The translations under genes and the position numbers were made by a program. Under the pieces are notes generated by a model, which made no database searches, had not been told where the DNA came from, and was given only the letters and a program-made list of their open reading frames with translations. From sequence record MN882610.1: a stretch of 24,000 nucleotides of DNA; one strand, 5' to 3'. This DNA comes from Enterobacter phage vB_EclM_CIP9. Shown piece by piece: positions 8,758-15,190 of the stretch; position 1 is the first letter of the stretch, and every line of letters starts with the position of its first letter.

Positions 8758-9489
8758 TTATGCAAACATTTTTTTGCAGAGGTCCCACTGGACCATGGCA
8801 TAACGTTCATTGTAGCCACAGTTCATGAATTCACGTTTGAAGTTATCCATCCATAACCAGTTGTTATCTTTAACTTCTTTCTCATGATAGATGCTGATAG
8901 CCAGTTTAGTAGGCTTAGCAACACGTTTCTTTTCGCCACCAAAGTTTGGAGAAGAAGGCTTCTTAGAACGTGGCAGTTCACGATTAGTGAAAGCAGCTAC
9001 ATCAAAGTCAGATTCTTGACGAGTGTGACCTGAGTTAATCATCCACTCTTTACGGAAGCCAGGACCACCTTGAATATTTGTAGTAGCACGAGCATGTGTA
9101 TCACCAAGTTCGATAGCTTTAGCACGCCATACCTTATTGTGGCCTTCACCCGGGGTTAAAGCGTGAGCCAATTCATGAAGAATTGTTTCTTCAACCTGAG
9201 CAGCAGTCATTGCGAAGAAGAAATGTGCCTGGATAGCAATTTTCTTTCTCCACGCAGAGCAATAACCAATGTTGCGTTTTGAAGTAGATGAAACTACATG
9301 GAACGTCCAACCATCAAGCCCATGTTCTTTACACTTGGCTTCGAAGAAACCTTTAGCCGATTCGACTGAATGATACAGATGACCTTCAGAGTAAAAAGCT
9401 TTAGATAAGATACGTTCGATAAGGTTCATATTAAGTTCTCCATGTTGGTGTAAGAGTATAGTAACCTGTTTTAAAGCAGATGTAAACAC
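8758..9489 (-). CDS. SprT-like zinc metallopeptidase
   Basis: ETILHELAHALTPGEGHNKVW (HExxH plus downstream H) preceded by a region typical of SprT-like proteins. A start inside the upstream -35 suggests the true ATG is 9429 (MNLIERILSKAFYSEGHLYH...). Confidence 0.8.
   Translation of the reverse strand: MFTSALKQVTILLHQHGELNMNLIERILSKAFYSEGHLYHSVESAKGFFEAKCKEHGLDGWTFHVVSSTSKRNIGYCSAWRKKIAIQAHFFFAMTAAQVEETILHELAHALTPGEGHNKVWRAKAIELGDTHARATTNIQGGPGFRKEWMINSGHTRQESDFDVAAFTNRELPRSKKPSSPNFGGEKKRVAKPTKLAISIYHEKEVKDNNWLWMDNFKREFMNCGYNERYAMVQWDLCKKMFA
9458..9486 (-). promoter_or_regulatory. Early promoter of the SprT-like gene
   Basis: TTTACA-17-TACTAT on minus strand. Confidence 0.75.
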
Positions 9490-9496
9490 CTAAAAC

Positions 9497-9521
9497 GCAA
9501 AAAGAGACCCGAAGGTCTCTT
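9497..9521 (-). terminator. Intrinsic terminator at end of gene 52 operon
   Basis: Minus strand AAGAGACC TTCG GGTCTCTTTTTG. Confidence 0.88.
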
Positions 9522-9597
9522 AAAAGAAGTATTCAATGACTAAGTATATAATCCATAAGAAGAAAATCATTCCTACAAATAGACCATAAAAAGTCAT
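9520..9597 (-). CDS. Possible 25-aa hydrophobic peptide
   Basis: MTFYGLFVGMIFFLWIIYLVIEYFF*; ATGA overlap with preceding ORF; stop lies in the terminator stem. Confidence 0.35.
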   Translation of the reverse strand: MTFYGLFVGMIFFLWIIYLVIEYFF

Positions 9598-9743
9598 CTT
9601 GCTAAACTCGCTAGATATACGATTAGACGAGTCACGGCATAAGAAATCAGTGCAGACCCACACGCCATAGCAACCTGCTGTCCAGCCAGCAAAGTAAGGC
9701 CACCAAACAAGGCGGCGCTGGTAAATCCTACGAATACGCTCAT
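9594..9743 (-). CDS. Small membrane protein, 49 aa, downstream of 52
   Basis: Not in track. MSVFVGFTSAALFGGLTLLAGQQVAMACGSALISYAVTRLIVYLASLAR*; ATGA overlap with the gene 52 stop. Confidence 0.6.
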   Translation of the reverse strand: MSVFVGFTSAALFGGLTLLAGQQVAMACGSALISYAVTRLIVYLASLAR

Positions 9744-11104
9744 TTCAGTTCCTCTAAATCTTTAAGATATTCAGTCGTGACATCAGTTGACTTCCAGTAT
9801 TCGTGTTCTTCTTTTTTAGCCTTAGCTTCAAGAGCAAGCTTTTTAGCTTCATCAGAAGTCATATGGAAGATGTTCATAGCCACTAATTTTTCGGCATGAT
9901 CGCCGTACACTTCAGAAGCAGAAAGTTCTTCGACTAAAGCTTTGCGAGTTTTGCCTTGAACAACAACGACACCGTCAATTACATCTTTAATGAATCGTGC
10001 CTTTGCCAGGGCAAGTTTAAAGGCTTCTTCAGTTTCTTTCAGTTTACCATCAATACGTTTCTGAACGTAAACCTTACGAACTTCTACAAAGTCACGAATA
10101 AGTTCTGAAGCAGTTTCATAAACTTTCAGTTTACCTTTTTCGTTCACAACAGTGATGTTCTGAGAACGACGTTCAATCAGACCAAAGTCTTTCATGATTT
10201 TATCATGACGTTCTTCTTCGGTTTCACCAAGATTATATTCTTTACGGAATTTGACTTTGAACCCAAAACCATTTTCATCACAGGCGTCATCCCATGTAAT
10301 GAAACCCTTTTCTTCAAGAGCATCAAGAATTTTTACATATTTTTCACGGTCATATTTGTACGGAACTTCTTCAATAACCATTTGTGTTCTTGAAGTGAAT
10401 TTGTACTTACCATGAAGTTCCCAACGCCCATCAACTTCAATCACATCACCTTTGAATTCAGGGAAACTTACTTTCGGCTCAGTAATTTTCTTGCCTTCCA
10501 CAGCTTGACGCACTGCTTTCTTGACCGAGGCCATATCATGAGGCAGAATATCAGTAGCATAACCGGTAGCAATGCCCGAAACACCATTGAGAAGAACCAC
10601 AGGGATAATAGGCAGATAAAAAGCAGGAGGAATATGTTCTTTATCTTTATGTACCGGAGCATATTCAGTGTCCTTATAGACATTAAAGAAGTTTTTGCCT
10701 ACACGAGCAAAAATATAACGAGAAGCTGCTGCTTCTTGGACTAATCGAGAACCAAAGTTACCCTGACCATCTAAGATTGGATAGTTGTTGTTCCATGTGT
10801 TAGCCATTAACGCACCTGCGTCCTGGGCAGAACCTTCACCATGGTGATATCCTAAGTCAGCCACGCCACCTGCAATACTTGCAAGTTTATGGAACTTATC
10901 ACGATTACCTTTACCGAGTTCCAGAGCACGAGCAACTACAAATCGTTGAACAGGTTTTAACCCATCAATCATATTTGGGATTGCACGGTTTTCTACTGTA
11001 TACATTGCATAAGCTAAGGCTTCGTTGTCAATAATACTTTTCAGACCACGAACTGTAAAAGTATCATCAGCCTGTTTAGCCATCATGTCAAAAATATCTG
11101 TCAT
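9740..11104 (-). CDS. 52: DNA topoisomerase II medium subunit gp52
   Basis: DLGYHHGEGSAQDAGALMANTWNNNYPILDGQGNFGSRLVQEAAASRYIF, close to T4 gp52. ATG at 11104; track start at 11116 is TTG. Confidence 0.97.
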   Translation of the reverse strand: MTDIFDMMAKQADDTFTVRGLKSIIDNEALAYAMYTVENRAIPNMIDGLKPVQRFVVARALELGKGNRDKFHKLASIAGGVADLGYHHGEGSAQDAGALMANTWNNNYPILDGQGNFGSRLVQEAAASRYIFARVGKNFFNVYKDTEYAPVHKDKEHIPPAFYLPIIPVVLLNGVSGIATGYATDILPHDMASVKKAVRQAVEGKKITEPKVSFPEFKGDVIEVDGRWELHGKYKFTSRTQMVIEEVPYKYDREKYVKILDALEEKGFITWDDACDENGFGFKVKFRKEYNLGETEEERHDKIMKDFGLIERRSQNITVVNEKGKLKVYETASELIRDFVEVRKVYVQKRIDGKLKETEEAFKLALAKARFIKDVIDGVVVVQGKTRKALVEELSASEVYGDHAEKLVAMNIFHMTSDEAKKLALEAKAKKEEHEYWKSTDVTTEYLKDLEELK

Positions 11105-11109
11105 AATAC

Positions 11110-11247
11110 CTACCAAATTAATGAAGAGAGTTGTACTATAACATCAGAAATGAAAAGCACAATAGATATGAGCCCGTATAGAACTCCATAATAAAGAACT
11201 AATGCCAAAACAGCGGCCACTAGGACCGCAATCAGAATCTTTTTCAT
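11110..11247 (-). CDS. Small membrane protein, 45 aa
   Basis: Not in track. MKKILIAVLVAAVLALVLYYGVLYGLISIVLFISDVIVQLSSLIW*; ATGA overlap with preceding ORF. Confidence 0.6.
   Translation of the reverse strand: MKKILIAVLVAAVLALVLYYGVLYGLISIVLFISDVIVQLSSLIW
11135..11161 (-). promoter_or_regulatory. Candidate MotA-dependent middle promoter of gene 52
   Basis: Minus strand TGTGCTTTT (MotA-box-like) -12 nt- TATAGT, 5' of gene 52. Confidence 0.55.
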
Positions 11248-11375
11248 ACTTTAAAAATTACAAAGTAAAGAATTAAAATAGACATCAGAGCGGATGAAAT
11301 CCCTGTAGCCGGCAAGGTACCTGTAATGAATAATAGAGTCATCGCAGTCCAGACACAACATAATAATGCTTTCAT
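11244..11375 (-). CDS. Small membrane protein, 43 aa
   Basis: MKALLCCVWTAMTLLFITGTLPATGISSALMSILILYFVIFKV*; TAATG coupling upstream and ATGA downstream; track gives an N-terminally over-extended form. Confidence 0.65.
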   Translation of the reverse strand: MKALLCCVWTAMTLLFITGTLPATGISSALMSILILYFVIFKV

Positions 11376-11536
11376 TAGCCGTATTTCGCCTCGCGACAAA
11401 TTCCACCGATACAAGAAAGGATCCAACCGATGAACATAAAGCCTAAGAATGTAGTGCTTGGAATCCAAGCCCCAGTAAAGAAACAAACGGCACAAACAAT
11501 TGCGACGATTAATTCAATAAAAACAACTAGAATCAT
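11375..11536 (-). CDS. Small membrane protein, 53 aa
   Basis: Not in track. MILVVFIELIVAIVCAVCFFTGAWIPSTTFLGFMFIGWILSCIGGICREAKYG*; stop/start overlaps on both sides. Confidence 0.65.
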   Translation of the reverse strand: MILVVFIELIVAIVCAVCFFTGAWIPSTTFLGFMFIGWILSCIGGICREAKYG

Positions 11537-11706
11537 TTAAGAACCCCACACAAAATGGCCAAACGTTCTAAAGCCAGGATAGCCACACTGTATGCAACCA
11601 TCCCAACAATACCGGGTGTAAGAGGGGCACCTAAGAATAAAAAGGTGCCCACTACAAACATCATGCCTATCAGATAAAGATAGGCCATGCATCTTAAGGC
11701 ATCCAT
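11533..11706 (-). CDS. Small membrane protein, 57 aa
   Basis: Not in track. MDALRCMAYLYLIGMMFVVGTFLFLGAPLTPGIVGMVAYSVAILALERLAILCGVLK*; TAATG overlap with the ndd stop. Confidence 0.65.
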   Translation of the reverse strand: MDALRCMAYLYLIGMMFVVGTFLFLGAPLTPGIVGMVAYSVAILALERLAILCGVLK

Positions 11707-12167
11707 TAGTAGCTCTGCAGGATGAATTTGAAGTTATCATTCAGCATACGGTTCATTTCGCTGAAGTTCTGGTATTCATCTTTGTGCTTAGAAGTAAACA
11801 TCAAAGACAGCTGGCCTTTGCCGAAACCGGTGGTCAGAGGTTTCATTTTCTGAGGTGGAACAAAGTATACATCATACACATTGCCATTGGAAGACAGTGT
11901 ACGACCGAGCTGGCTACGACCCTGACGAATCTGAGACAGAACATTACCAAAACCAGACTTAGAACGTTGGCGACCTACAAAGAAGCGAGCCGCAACCTGG
12001 CGCCATGGCAATGAACCCTTAACCATGAAATAGAAACCAGGTTCAGCCAGAGTTTCGTTATCGACATAACCGACAGTTTTGCCATTGCGGACAGTACAAA
12101 CAACTGTGGCGCCTACAGCTTCGAGGTCGGCACGGGTCATGTAGTTACGAACGTCTTGATGTGTCAT
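11706..12167 (-). CDS. ndd: Nucleoid disruption protein Ndd
   Basis: YMTRADLEAVGATV.., GFYF, ARFFVGRQRSKSGFGNVLSQIRQGRSQLGRTL..., MKPLTTGFGKGQLSLMFTSKHKDEYQNFSEMNRMLNDNFKFILQSY; matches T4 Ndd. Confidence 0.95.
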   Translation of the reverse strand: MTHQDVRNYMTRADLEAVGATVVCTVRNGKTVGYVDNETLAEPGFYFMVKGSLPWRQVAARFFVGRQRSKSGFGNVLSQIRQGRSQLGRTLSSNGNVYDVYFVPPQKMKPLTTGFGKGQLSLMFTSKHKDEYQNFSEMNRMLNDNFKFILQSY

Positions 12168-12209
12168 ATTAATTTCCTCAGTAGTTTAAATTATTTCTCC
12201 AAGGAGGAC

Positions 12210-12238
12210 ATTATACTCTGTCCTCACGAGTTTGTAAA
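12210..12238 (-). promoter_or_regulatory. Early promoter of ndd operon
   Basis: TTTACA-17-TATAAT on minus strand. Confidence 0.82.
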
Positions 12239-12364
12239 CTATTTCTTTTTCATCAGGCATTCTGCATGAGCATAGTTCAGGTCATCAAGAGTGATGATAT
12301 CTTGCATCAGACGATTAATCTGTTTGCCGCATTCATAACAAGTAAAAATTCGTTTGATAGTCAT
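12239..12364 (-). CDS. 41-aa possible zinc-finger protein
   Basis: Not in track. MTIKRIFTCYECGKQINRLMQDIITLDDLNYAHAECLMKKK*; CxxC...HxxC; start directly follows upstream stop. Confidence 0.6.
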   Translation of the reverse strand: MTIKRIFTCYECGKQINRLMQDIITLDDLNYAHAECLMKKK

Positions 12365-12484
12365 TTAGCCACCAATGATTCCGATATGAATTGAGTTGAT
12401 GCCAAGCCAGTACGCCATGTTAAAACCTACATAAAATGCTATTGCCCACAGGAACCCGCCAAACAGATATTTCAAGAAATCCAT
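12365..12484 (-). CDS. 39-aa hydrophobic protein
   Basis: Not in track. MDFLKYLFGGFLWAIAFYVGFNMAYWLGINSIHIGIIGG*; SD gagg. Confidence 0.55.
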   Translation of the reverse strand: MDFLKYLFGGFLWAIAFYVGFNMAYWLGINSIHIGIIGG

Positions 12485-12494
12485 AATATTTTCC

Positions 12495-12611
12495 TCAGAA
12501 GAAGTAAGCGAAGTGAACACGAATCACATCAATCATCAGAACAGCAGGGAAGATTGCTAAAACCATTGCAATCACAAACATGTTCCAGATAGCTTTCAGT
12601 AATTTTTTCAT
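12495..12611 (-). CDS. 38-aa hydrophobic protein
   Basis: Not in track. MKKLLKAIWNMFVIAMVLAIFPAVLMIDVIRVHFAYFF*; strong GGAGGTGAATATG. Confidence 0.6.
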   Translation of the reverse strand: MKKLLKAIWNMFVIAMVLAIFPAVLMIDVIRVHFAYFF

Positions 12612-12638
12612 ATTCACCTCCATTTATTCAGTACAGAC

Positions 12639-12667
12639 ATTATATCATGCTGCGTAATGGATGTAAA
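12639..12667 (-). promoter_or_regulatory. Early promoter of small-ORF cluster
   Basis: TTTACA-17-TATAAT on minus strand, TG at extended -10. Confidence 0.82.
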
Positions 12668-12723
12668 CACTCATTAGTATACAAACCAATGGAATACTAA
12701 GAATCCATATAAAGCACCAGAAC

Positions 12724-12918
12724 TTACTCAAAGCCTGCACTCCCGATAACAAGATTTGTACTGTTATCGAAGATTTTGCATTGGCCGTTACGGTATGAAG
12801 ATGCATAGAACTCTGCTGCATCCTGGGCATCCCATGCAAACATACGGGCTTCGAGGTCTTTGTAACGAGGTTCGCCATTTTCAAGTTCGAACCAAATCAT
12901 AATAGTTGCTTTAATCAT
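12724..12918 (-). CDS. Hypothetical early protein, 64 aa
   Basis: MIKATIMIWFELENGEPRYKDLEARMFAWDAQDAAEFYASSY...; SD gaggag and promoter just upstream. Confidence 0.7.
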   Translation of the reverse strand: MIKATIMIWFELENGEPRYKDLEARMFAWDAQDAAEFYASSYRNGQCKIFDNSTNLVIGSAGFE

Positions 12919-12951
12919 TTTATAGTACTCCTCATTTGTTTGTGTAGGAGT

Positions 12952-12980
12952 ACTATATCATGTCAGATTTGTTGTGTAAA
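12952..12980 (-). promoter_or_regulatory. Early promoter of the 64-aa ORF
   Basis: TTTACA-17-TATAGT on minus strand, TG at extended -10. Confidence 0.8.
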
Positions 12981-13577
12981 CTGGTGGAAGTTAAAATCTT
13001 CCATGTCGTAAGGACGGGATGACAGATACCACCCATCATTGAATTGGGATTTGATAACCAGGCCAGAGTCTTTTGCGAACGCATCACGACCTGCAAGGAA
13101 CTTAGGAGTAAACAGGATGGCGCCTGTTGCATCCTGTTTAGTGTCGAATATGATTATTAAGTCAGCAAGATTGCGCCCAAGGAAGTGACCTAGGTTAATT
13201 CCTGGAGATTTTGCCGGATAATCACCTGACATACCAGTATTCACTGTAATGTACTGAGAATTTCTTTGATGTGTTTTTACTTCAATCCGGACCCCGTCTT
13301 TACCAACAACATCATATACCCATGACCATGGATTCTCATGATTTTCACGACCGGTCGGTAAGAAACCGTGAACTGCTTCAGCAACAATTTGTTCAGCCAT
13401 TAAAGCGGTTCTGCAACGACGAGCTACATCTTCTCTGTTTTGATTAGGATCTTGTTCGAGTGAATAACGTATTGTGTCTTTAATTTTAGAAAGTACATGA
13501 GGCTTAATATCATCAGGCTTCATATAAGTAGGAGATAGGCGCTGTAGCAGCGCCCAAGAATCACTGTTCCGAATCAT
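12963..13577 (-). CDS. denB: Probable endonuclease IV (DenB-like)
   Basis: 204 aa between ndd and rIIB as in T4; contains a nuclease-compatible stretch (DGVRIEVKTHQ). Assignment relies mostly on synteny. Confidence 0.5.
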   Translation of the reverse strand: MIRNSDSWALLQRLSPTYMKPDDIKPHVLSKIKDTIRYSLEQDPNQNREDVARRCRTALMAEQIVAEAVHGFLPTGRENHENPWSWVYDVVGKDGVRIEVKTHQRNSQYITVNTGMSGDYPAKSPGINLGHFLGRNLADLIIIFDTKQDATGAILFTPKFLAGRDAFAKDSGLVIKSQFNDGWYLSSRPYDMEDFNFHQFTQQI

Positions 13578-13851
13578 TTTCTTCCTTAGGTGGATTTAAA
13601 CCCTGTGAATGAGAACCATTGATGTACACATCTTCAACATAAAGTGTTCCTTCATAGCAACGGTCATTGAAGTTCAATTTGCTCTTATCAAGAGTACTGA
13701 AGTCTACGCCAAAATAGAGGTCGTTGCAATAAAGGATTCCAGCGCCATGTTTAATCTGGACATCTTTACAATAGACGTTTTCTGCATGATGATTACCATG
13801 CAGCGTAGAATGTTTAATGCCTGGTGTCAGGTCATTCATAGGGTTAATCAT
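13561..13851 (-). CDS. Hypothetical protein, 96 aa
   Basis: ATG at 13851 with GAGGTAAAT; MINPMNDLTPGIKHSTLHGNHHAENVYCKDVQIKHGAG...; overlaps the next gene start. Confidence 0.65.
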   Translation of the reverse strand: MINPMNDLTPGIKHSTLHGNHHAENVYCKDVQIKHGAGILYCNDLYFGVDFSTLDKSKLNFNDRCYEGTLYVEDVYINGSHSQGLNPPKEENDSEQ

Positions 13852-13858
13852 ATTTACC

Positions 13859-14050
13859 TCAGAATCGTGCGATACGTTTTTCAAGAATATGTTGGTATGC
13901 ACTCATTGTATCAAGCTGACGGAGAAGCAATTCTTTGTCCACCGAATCAAGAGATTTGAAAACAGCACCTACGGTGAATGCACGAAGAGCATTAATTTTA
14001 AGGGTCAATTCAGAATGTTCATCAATAACACGAGATTGGAAACCAGTCAT
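13859..14050 (-). CDS. 63-aa protein, possible crAss001_48-related / Acb2-Tad1 hairpin family member
   Basis: MTGFQSRVIDEHSELTLKINALRAFTVGAVFKSLDSVDKELLLRQLDTMSAYQHILEKRIARF*; SD AAGGA. Family call is from remembered sequence pattern only. Confidence 0.5.
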   Translation of the reverse strand: MTGFQSRVIDEHSELTLKINALRAFTVGAVFKSLDSVDKELLLRQLDTMSAYQHILEKRIARF

Positions 14051-14061
14051 TTAAGGTCCTT

Positions 14062-14081
14062 AAAAAAGGGGCCGAAGCCCC
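14062..14081 (-). terminator. Intrinsic terminator of rIIA-rIIB
   Basis: Minus strand GGGGC TTCG GCCCC TTTTTT. Confidence 0.92.
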
Positions 14082-14086
14082 ATAAA

Positions 14087-15154
14087 TTAGATTTGATAGC
14101 CACGAATTTCAGAAGTAAATTTCTCAGTAACATCTTCGAGAACTTCATACTGACAAGTACGCATCTTGGCATCGCCGTAATCAACCGGAATACTTACTAC
14201 ATCACGTGGATGAACCTTAACTGATACGACACGAGAAGTACTGCAGCTAAAGTGTTTGATGTATGACTTAGAGCAAACATGCAGACCATTTGAACAAGTT
14301 ACTTCATCGTTATCGTTCACACGAGTACGAGGCATTTTAACCGTCTGGCCTGGACTATTATCAAATGTACCTGAGTGGTGATCTTTATAGTCAGAACGAA
14401 CAACTTTCCAACCAATGAAATGGCCGTCTTCAGTGATTTCAATATCGTTCGCAACCAAGAAGTCAAACAGACGACTTACAGCTTTCTGGCTTGGGTTTTC
14501 CAGCAGATTTTCCAGGAATGGCAGATAGAACTCGAAGTCTTCACCTTTGTTCATGGAATCAAGGATGCGGTCAACCAGACCTGAACGCAGTTCGATGTCC
14601 TGATAATACAGAGTGCCATCAGCAATACGAACATCACCCTTAATGAACTCTTTAACGGCACGTTCGATGTTAATGGTGTCGCGAGCCTTACGAACCAATT
14701 CTTGTTCTTCAGCGTAAGATTTACCTACGGACTGACTCAAGAAGGCGAAAGCAGCAGCAAAACCAGGGTGGTCTTTATCAGCGTTCCAAGTTTCACGACC
14801 CTGAGTAATAGAGATGAACTTAGAGTTTGCGTTCCAGATGAAAGAAGGTTCTGGAGCTTTGGCTTGTTCAACTACCGCCTTAGCGACATTAACAGCGCCT
14901 ACGGTCAGAGTTACATCACCAGTAATTTGGACAGAGCCAACACCTTTAGCAATGAAACGACCACGAGAATCACGAGCAGGACCTTTCTTAGGAGTAAAGG
15001 TTTGCTTCGCAGCACGATTTTCTTTTAACACGCGGTAAATAGTATCACTAGACACGCCATAATCAGAGGCAAGTTCAGCATAAGTTTTCAGTTTAGCATT
15101 ATGAATACGAACAATTTTAGCTTTATCAAGTTCAGACAGGATTTTAACAGTCAT
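14087..15154 (-). CDS. rIIB: rIIB protein
   Basis: AVEKFI..-like and ELRSGLVDRILDSMNKGEDFEFYLPFLENLLENPSQKAVSRLFDFLVANDIEITEDGHFIGWKVVRS... near-identical to recalled T4 rIIB. Confidence 0.97.
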   Translation of the reverse strand: MTVKILSELDKAKIVRIHNAKLKTYAELASDYGVSSDTIYRVLKENRAAKQTFTPKKGPARDSRGRFIAKGVGSVQITGDVTLTVGAVNVAKAVVEQAKAPEPSFIWNANSKFISITQGRETWNADKDHPGFAAAFAFLSQSVGKSYAEEQELVRKARDTINIERAVKEFIKGDVRIADGTLYYQDIELRSGLVDRILDSMNKGEDFEFYLPFLENLLENPSQKAVSRLFDFLVANDIEITEDGHFIGWKVVRSDYKDHHSGTFDNSPGQTVKMPRTRVNDNDEVTCSNGLHVCSKSYIKHFSCSTSRVVSVKVHPRDVVSIPVDYGDAKMRTCQYEVLEDVTEKFTSEIRGYQI

Positions 15155-15174
15155 TTACAGTTTCTCTTTTTAAA

Positions 15175-15190
15175 GGGCGATTAATCGCCC
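15175..15190. repeat. Perfect 16-bp palindrome at the rIIA/rIIB junction
   Basis: GGGCGATTAATCGCCC, spanning the rIIA stop codon; followed on the minus strand by TTTAAAAAG. Confidence 0.8.

Noticed and set aside
9458-9486. Motif TCTGCTTTA as a MotA box
   Set aside because: Only about 8 nt from the -10 rather than about 12, and a full TTTACA -35 is present; classed as early promoter.
9989-10744. Plus-strand ORFs at 10205-10393 and 10412-10744 inside gene 52
   Set aside because: Antisense shadows of a well-supported CDS with low-complexity Phe-rich translations.
11537-11740. Track ORF of 67 aa (MITSNSSCRATNG...)
   Set aside because: Alternative frame over the hydrophobic 57-aa ORF that has stop/start coupling to ndd.
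12645-12884. Track ORF of 79 aa as annotated
   Set aside because: Its 5' two thirds are out of frame with the better-supported 64-aa ORF; only the hydrophobic tail is kept as a tentative finding.
13609-13959. Plus-strand ORFs 13609-13959 and 13817-14224
   Set aside because: Antisense to small early genes and across the rIIB terminator; no start signals.
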